48,178 nucleotides of DNA from the IMG/VR virus record IMGVR_UViG_3300028906_000005, positions 1 to 48,178 of that record, one strand, 5' to 3'. Made by a program: the position numbers and the translations under genes. The DNA is from a virus. Taxonomy: Duplodnaviria; Caudoviricetes. This document shows, piece after piece, positions 45,378 through 48,178 of this stretch. The notes below the pieces were generated by a model. The model did no database searches, was not told the origin of the DNA, and saw only the letters and a list, made by a program, of their open reading frames with translations. Position 1 is the stretch's first letter. Each line of letters starts with the position of its first letter.

Positions 45378-45811
45378 CCCCGGACAAACTCGAAAAGATT
45401 CGGCGTCTCGCCGAGGACATCCGGGGCGATCCGGCGACCCGCATGATCGCGAAAAAGATCCTCGAGCGTTACCAGCCCGAACCGACCTTTCACGACGTCG
45501 ACGCCGAAATCAAAAAGCATTTTCACGGCGATCCGCGCAATCCGCCTGGCATGCGAAACTCGGACGAATACGAGCATCACATTTTCATGTCACTCGCCAA
45601 TTGGGGGCGCTCGAAAACCAGCAACAATCTGGTTCACAGCTTCACCCACAAGGGCCGTGGTTATCGCGTGGTGCTGTTCGCGCACAAACGAAGTCCGACT
45701 TACGGCTGGTTGCGGGTCGATGTGGCGCGCAACGCAGAGGTCTGGTCAGGCAAATTCTCCAGCCTAGGCGAGGCGCACGCTGACGCCTGGGACAATCTAA
45801 TGAGGATGTGA
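45374..45811 (+). CDS. Hypothetical protein
   Basis: ATGA coupling. Confidence 0.7.
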   Translation: MTPDKLEKIRRLAEDIRGDPATRMIAKKILERYQPEPTFHDVDAEIKKHFHGDPRNPPGMRNSDEYEHHIFMSLANWGRSKTSNNLVHSFTHKGRGYRVVLFAHKRSPTYGWLRVDVARNAEVWSGKFSSLGEAHADAWDNLMRM

Positions 45812-46125
45812 TGTCGGCGGCATGGGTAAAAGCCAACCCGGAAAAAATGCGAGTTCATCGAAGGGTTTGGAGAGTCAAAAATCCAAAGGTCGTGCGCAAA
45901 TTAGCAATCGAATACGAGAAACGAAATCCGGAGAAACGTAGAGCCCATGTCGCCATTTGCAACGCCGTTCGCCGTGGAACAATCATCAAGCCAACTATCT
46001 GCGAGGACTGCGGCGAGGGGTCGAGGCGTATCGAGGCTCACCACGCCGACTATTCGAAACTGCTTGAGGTCAATTGGCTTTGCCAACCGTGTCACATCAA
46101 AACCCACAAGACGATGGTGGTCTAA
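45808..46125 (+). CDS. Small HNH endonuclease
   Basis: CEDCG...IEAHHADYSKLLEVNWLCQPCH. Confidence 0.82.
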   Translation: MMSAAWVKANPEKMRVHRRVWRVKNPKVVRKLAIEYEKRNPEKRRAHVAICNAVRRGTIIKPTICEDCGEGSRRIEAHHADYSKLLEVNWLCQPCHIKTHKTMVV

Positions 46126-46145
46126 GCTACCCCTATGCCGTCACC

Positions 46146-46301
46146 ATGAACGAGGTGTTGGAGATTGTGGTCGAACACATCGACAAGGTTCAAAATACGT
46201 CGGATCTGCTAAGACAGGGAGTCCATCTGAAAATGGCTTCTAGGGCGCTCCGCTGCGCTCTAGAGATCTACGGATCTCAAATCACAAAGGACGGAAAATG
46301 A
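46146..46301 (+). CDS. Hypothetical protein (51 aa)
   Basis: Fills gap, coupled to the next gene; start uncertain. Confidence 0.5.
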   Translation: MNEVLEIVVEHIDKVQNTSDLLRQGVHLKMASRALRCALEIYGSQITKDGK

Positions 46302-46684
46302 AGAATACCTATTCTGCGACTATCAAGATGCAGAACGCCGAACAGCTGGCGGCTTTCATCGACAGCATCGGACCTCTGGTCGAGAGCGTCGTCATCACCA
46401 CCACGCCGGTCGAGGGAGCGGTTAGGCCGCAGCGAGAGCACGGACCACCCAAGAAAGCCGCGCCGCCTAAGGTGCGCGCCTCGAAGGTCAACGACGCCAT
46501 CCTGGCGACGCTGCGTCAGCACGGGGAGGCCAGCGTCAGGGAGCTCAAGGAGGCCCTCGAGGCGGTCCACCTGTCGGCAGGATCGCTGTCGACCGGCATC
46601 GCCGCCTTGACCAAGTCTGGCCAGATCGAGCGCGTTCGCGAGGGCGTCTATGGGCTCGTCGCCTACGAGCAAGCGGCGGAATAA
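46298..46684 (+). CDS. Winged-helix DNA-binding protein
   Basis: AILATLRQHGEASVREL...SLSTGIAALTKSGQIERVREGVY. Confidence 0.72.
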   Translation: MKNTYSATIKMQNAEQLAAFIDSIGPLVESVVITTTPVEGAVRPQREHGPPKKAAPPKVRASKVNDAILATLRQHGEASVRELKEALEAVHLSAGSLSTGIAALTKSGQIERVREGVYGLVAYEQAAE

Positions 46685-46864
46685 ATGACGGACCAGATCA
46701 AGCAATTCACCAAAACGCTGAGCGCGCACATTCGCGCTCATGTCAAAAAGCACGATCTGGTCATTATCGAGAACGATCTTCTGATCGCTCACGATCACCT
46801 GACGGGTCGCATCGTCATCACCTTTGAAGTGGTGAAGAAAATCCTGCCGAAAGCAGCCGAGTGA
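46685..46864 (+). CDS. Hypothetical protein (59 aa), not in ORF track
   Basis: MTDQIKQFTKTLSAHIRAHVKKHDLV...PKAAE fills the gap exactly. Confidence 0.6.
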   Translation: MTDQIKQFTKTLSAHIRAHVKKHDLVIIENDLLIAHDHLTGRIVITFEVVKKILPKAAE

Positions 46865-47229
46865 TGGACGAGGCGACCCGAAAACGCGAACTCGTCAGGG
46901 AGATCAACGCCCTCTCTGGCGGGTACGCGCGGCGGTGGGAGGACCGCTGGGCGACCGGGCTGCTCGATCTGGTGATCAAGCTGCCCGGTCATCCCCTCCT
47001 CTGGGGCGAAGGGAAGATGGTTGACGGCAATCTCTTCGCCCCCACCGAGCGCCAATGGCACGAGGGCGAGCGGATCATCGCCGCTGGCATGCCCGCGGTT
47101 CTGATCGGCTGGAAACAGAAATTTATGTTCGTGAGTCCATGGGTGAAGCAAGCCGACATCCGCACCTGCTTCTTCGGCAGCGGGCAATGGGTCAGCGTGC
47201 TGCTCGAATATCTGCAAGGAGCAAAATGA
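46861..47229 (+). CDS. PD-(D/E)XK nuclease (VRR-NUC / resolvase-like)
   Basis: RWED...GLLDL...WGEGK...TERQW. Confidence 0.65.
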   Translation: MMDEATRKRELVREINALSGGYARRWEDRWATGLLDLVIKLPGHPLLWGEGKMVDGNLFAPTERQWHEGERIIAAGMPAVLIGWKQKFMFVSPWVKQADIRTCFFGSGQWVSVLLEYLQGAK

Positions 47230-47561
47230 ACTTCGATGACAGCCTACGCGACAACCGTTTCGACGATACGGCGCAACTCGCCCAAGGGCTCAAATTCGCG
47301 CTTCGGCGTGGGAAGAACTGGGAGGCTATGGGACCAGAGCAAAAAGAAGCTTTGGAGTTGATCGCGACTGAGATCGCCAAGCTCCTCACCGATGTCGGGG
47401 ATGAGGGTAAGCAATGGAACAACATTGCCTTCCTCGCTCGAATTCGCGGCAAGGCGCTGGAGGGCTCGCTGGAGAAGAGCATCGCTCAGACGGCCCAGGC
47501 GCGCGTCATTAATCCAAAGAACTTGTTTGATGGGCCCCCGCGCCCGCTCGGTGACGCATGA
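47226..47561 (+). CDS. DUF6378-like protein
   Basis: QKEALELIATEIAKLL...WNNIAFLARI resembles the family pattern. Confidence 0.5.
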   Translation: MNFDDSLRDNRFDDTAQLAQGLKFALRRGKNWEAMGPEQKEALELIATEIAKLLTDVGDEGKQWNNIAFLARIRGKALEGSLEKSIAQTAQARVINPKNLFDGPPRPLGDA

Positions 47562-48178
47562 AGCTCGTCGAGATCCTGGCGCGCTGTGAAGCCGCCTTCG
47601 CTCAGCTCGCCCCCATGCGCGGTCAGCTCGAGCGGGACTGCTCGGAGGACACCGCCTTGGCGCTCGGCCGCACACTCGGCGCACTTCACCAAGCCAAGGG
47701 GTTGGTCGAGCGCGACCTCAAGCTGCAGAAAGAGCAGGAAGACGCCGATGCCTGACGAACCGACCTTCGTCTGCCCTGACTGCGGCTACGACGTGTACGT
47801 CTACGGCTATTGGCCACCCGGGCAAACCCGTTGCGCCGTGTGTCAGTGGCTCGCCGACCACGTCTCCGATCCGGCCGAGCGTGAACGATTGCGCGAACTT
47901 CTGGGGGAAACAAAATGAGCACTAAGGGCTTCACGTACAAAAGCTACTCGTTCCTCACCAAGGATCCGATCATCGACGAGGTGAGGACGATCGTGCAGAT
48001 GAGCGGCTTCTCGTACTTGAAGATCGAGGAGCACTCCGGCGTCACCTCGCAGACGCTGCGCGCCTGGTTCCAAGGCAAAACCCGCAAACCTCAAGCCGCC
48101 ACGCTCAACGCGGTGGCGCGGGCGCTGGGCTACAAACTTGGTTTTGTCCCTTATGAGGCGGCCTCAGCCGTTCAACCC
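47536..48178 (+). repeat. Right copy of terminal overlap (allele B): genes 47558..47755, 47748..47918 and partial XRE gene from 47915
   Basis: Direct alignment to 1..857 without the 380..604 gene. Confidence 0.95.

Noticed and set aside
46670-46864. Two adjacent ORFs ending in AAE
   Set aside because: Only three residues and a common ending in alphaproteobacterial proteins; too weak to count as a shared tag.

Overview
The window is an apparently complete, circularly permuted ~47.5 kb GC-rich tailed-phage genome of podovirus type. It has no tape measure or major tail tube, and it has a P22/T7-like portal, adaptor, nozzle and ejection proteins. The host is probably an alphaproteobacterium, inferred from a PEP..WA-CTERM gene and a DUF3309-like gene. 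The minus strand from 29226 to 4775 carries the late operon: terminase, portal, scaffold, capsid, lysis cassette, adaptor, two paralogous tail fibres, nozzle and ejection proteins. The plus strand from about 29586 through the window end and on to 4778 carries early and replication genes: GP88-like protein, many small ORFs, SF3 primase-helicase, SSB-like protein, PD-(D/E)XK nuclease and SNF2 helicase. No integrase, DNA polymerase, reverse transcriptase, tRNA or CRISPR array was recognised. The two ends overlap as non-identical alleles, one carrying an extra gene. Highlights: (1) several inserted single-gene cassettes are flanked by duplicated or synonymously recoded termini of the neighbouring gene; (2) two unrelated adjacent proteins share a recoded 15-aa C-terminal tail; (3) a GAAATGCCA leader motif recurs, twice behind a similar two-hairpin structure; (4) a phage-borne PEP-CTERM surface protein; (5) an Acb2/Tad1-like sponge candidate; (6) several intragenomic paralogue pairs; (7) a long inverted repeat. 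All family assignments come from motif recognition by eye, not from database searches.
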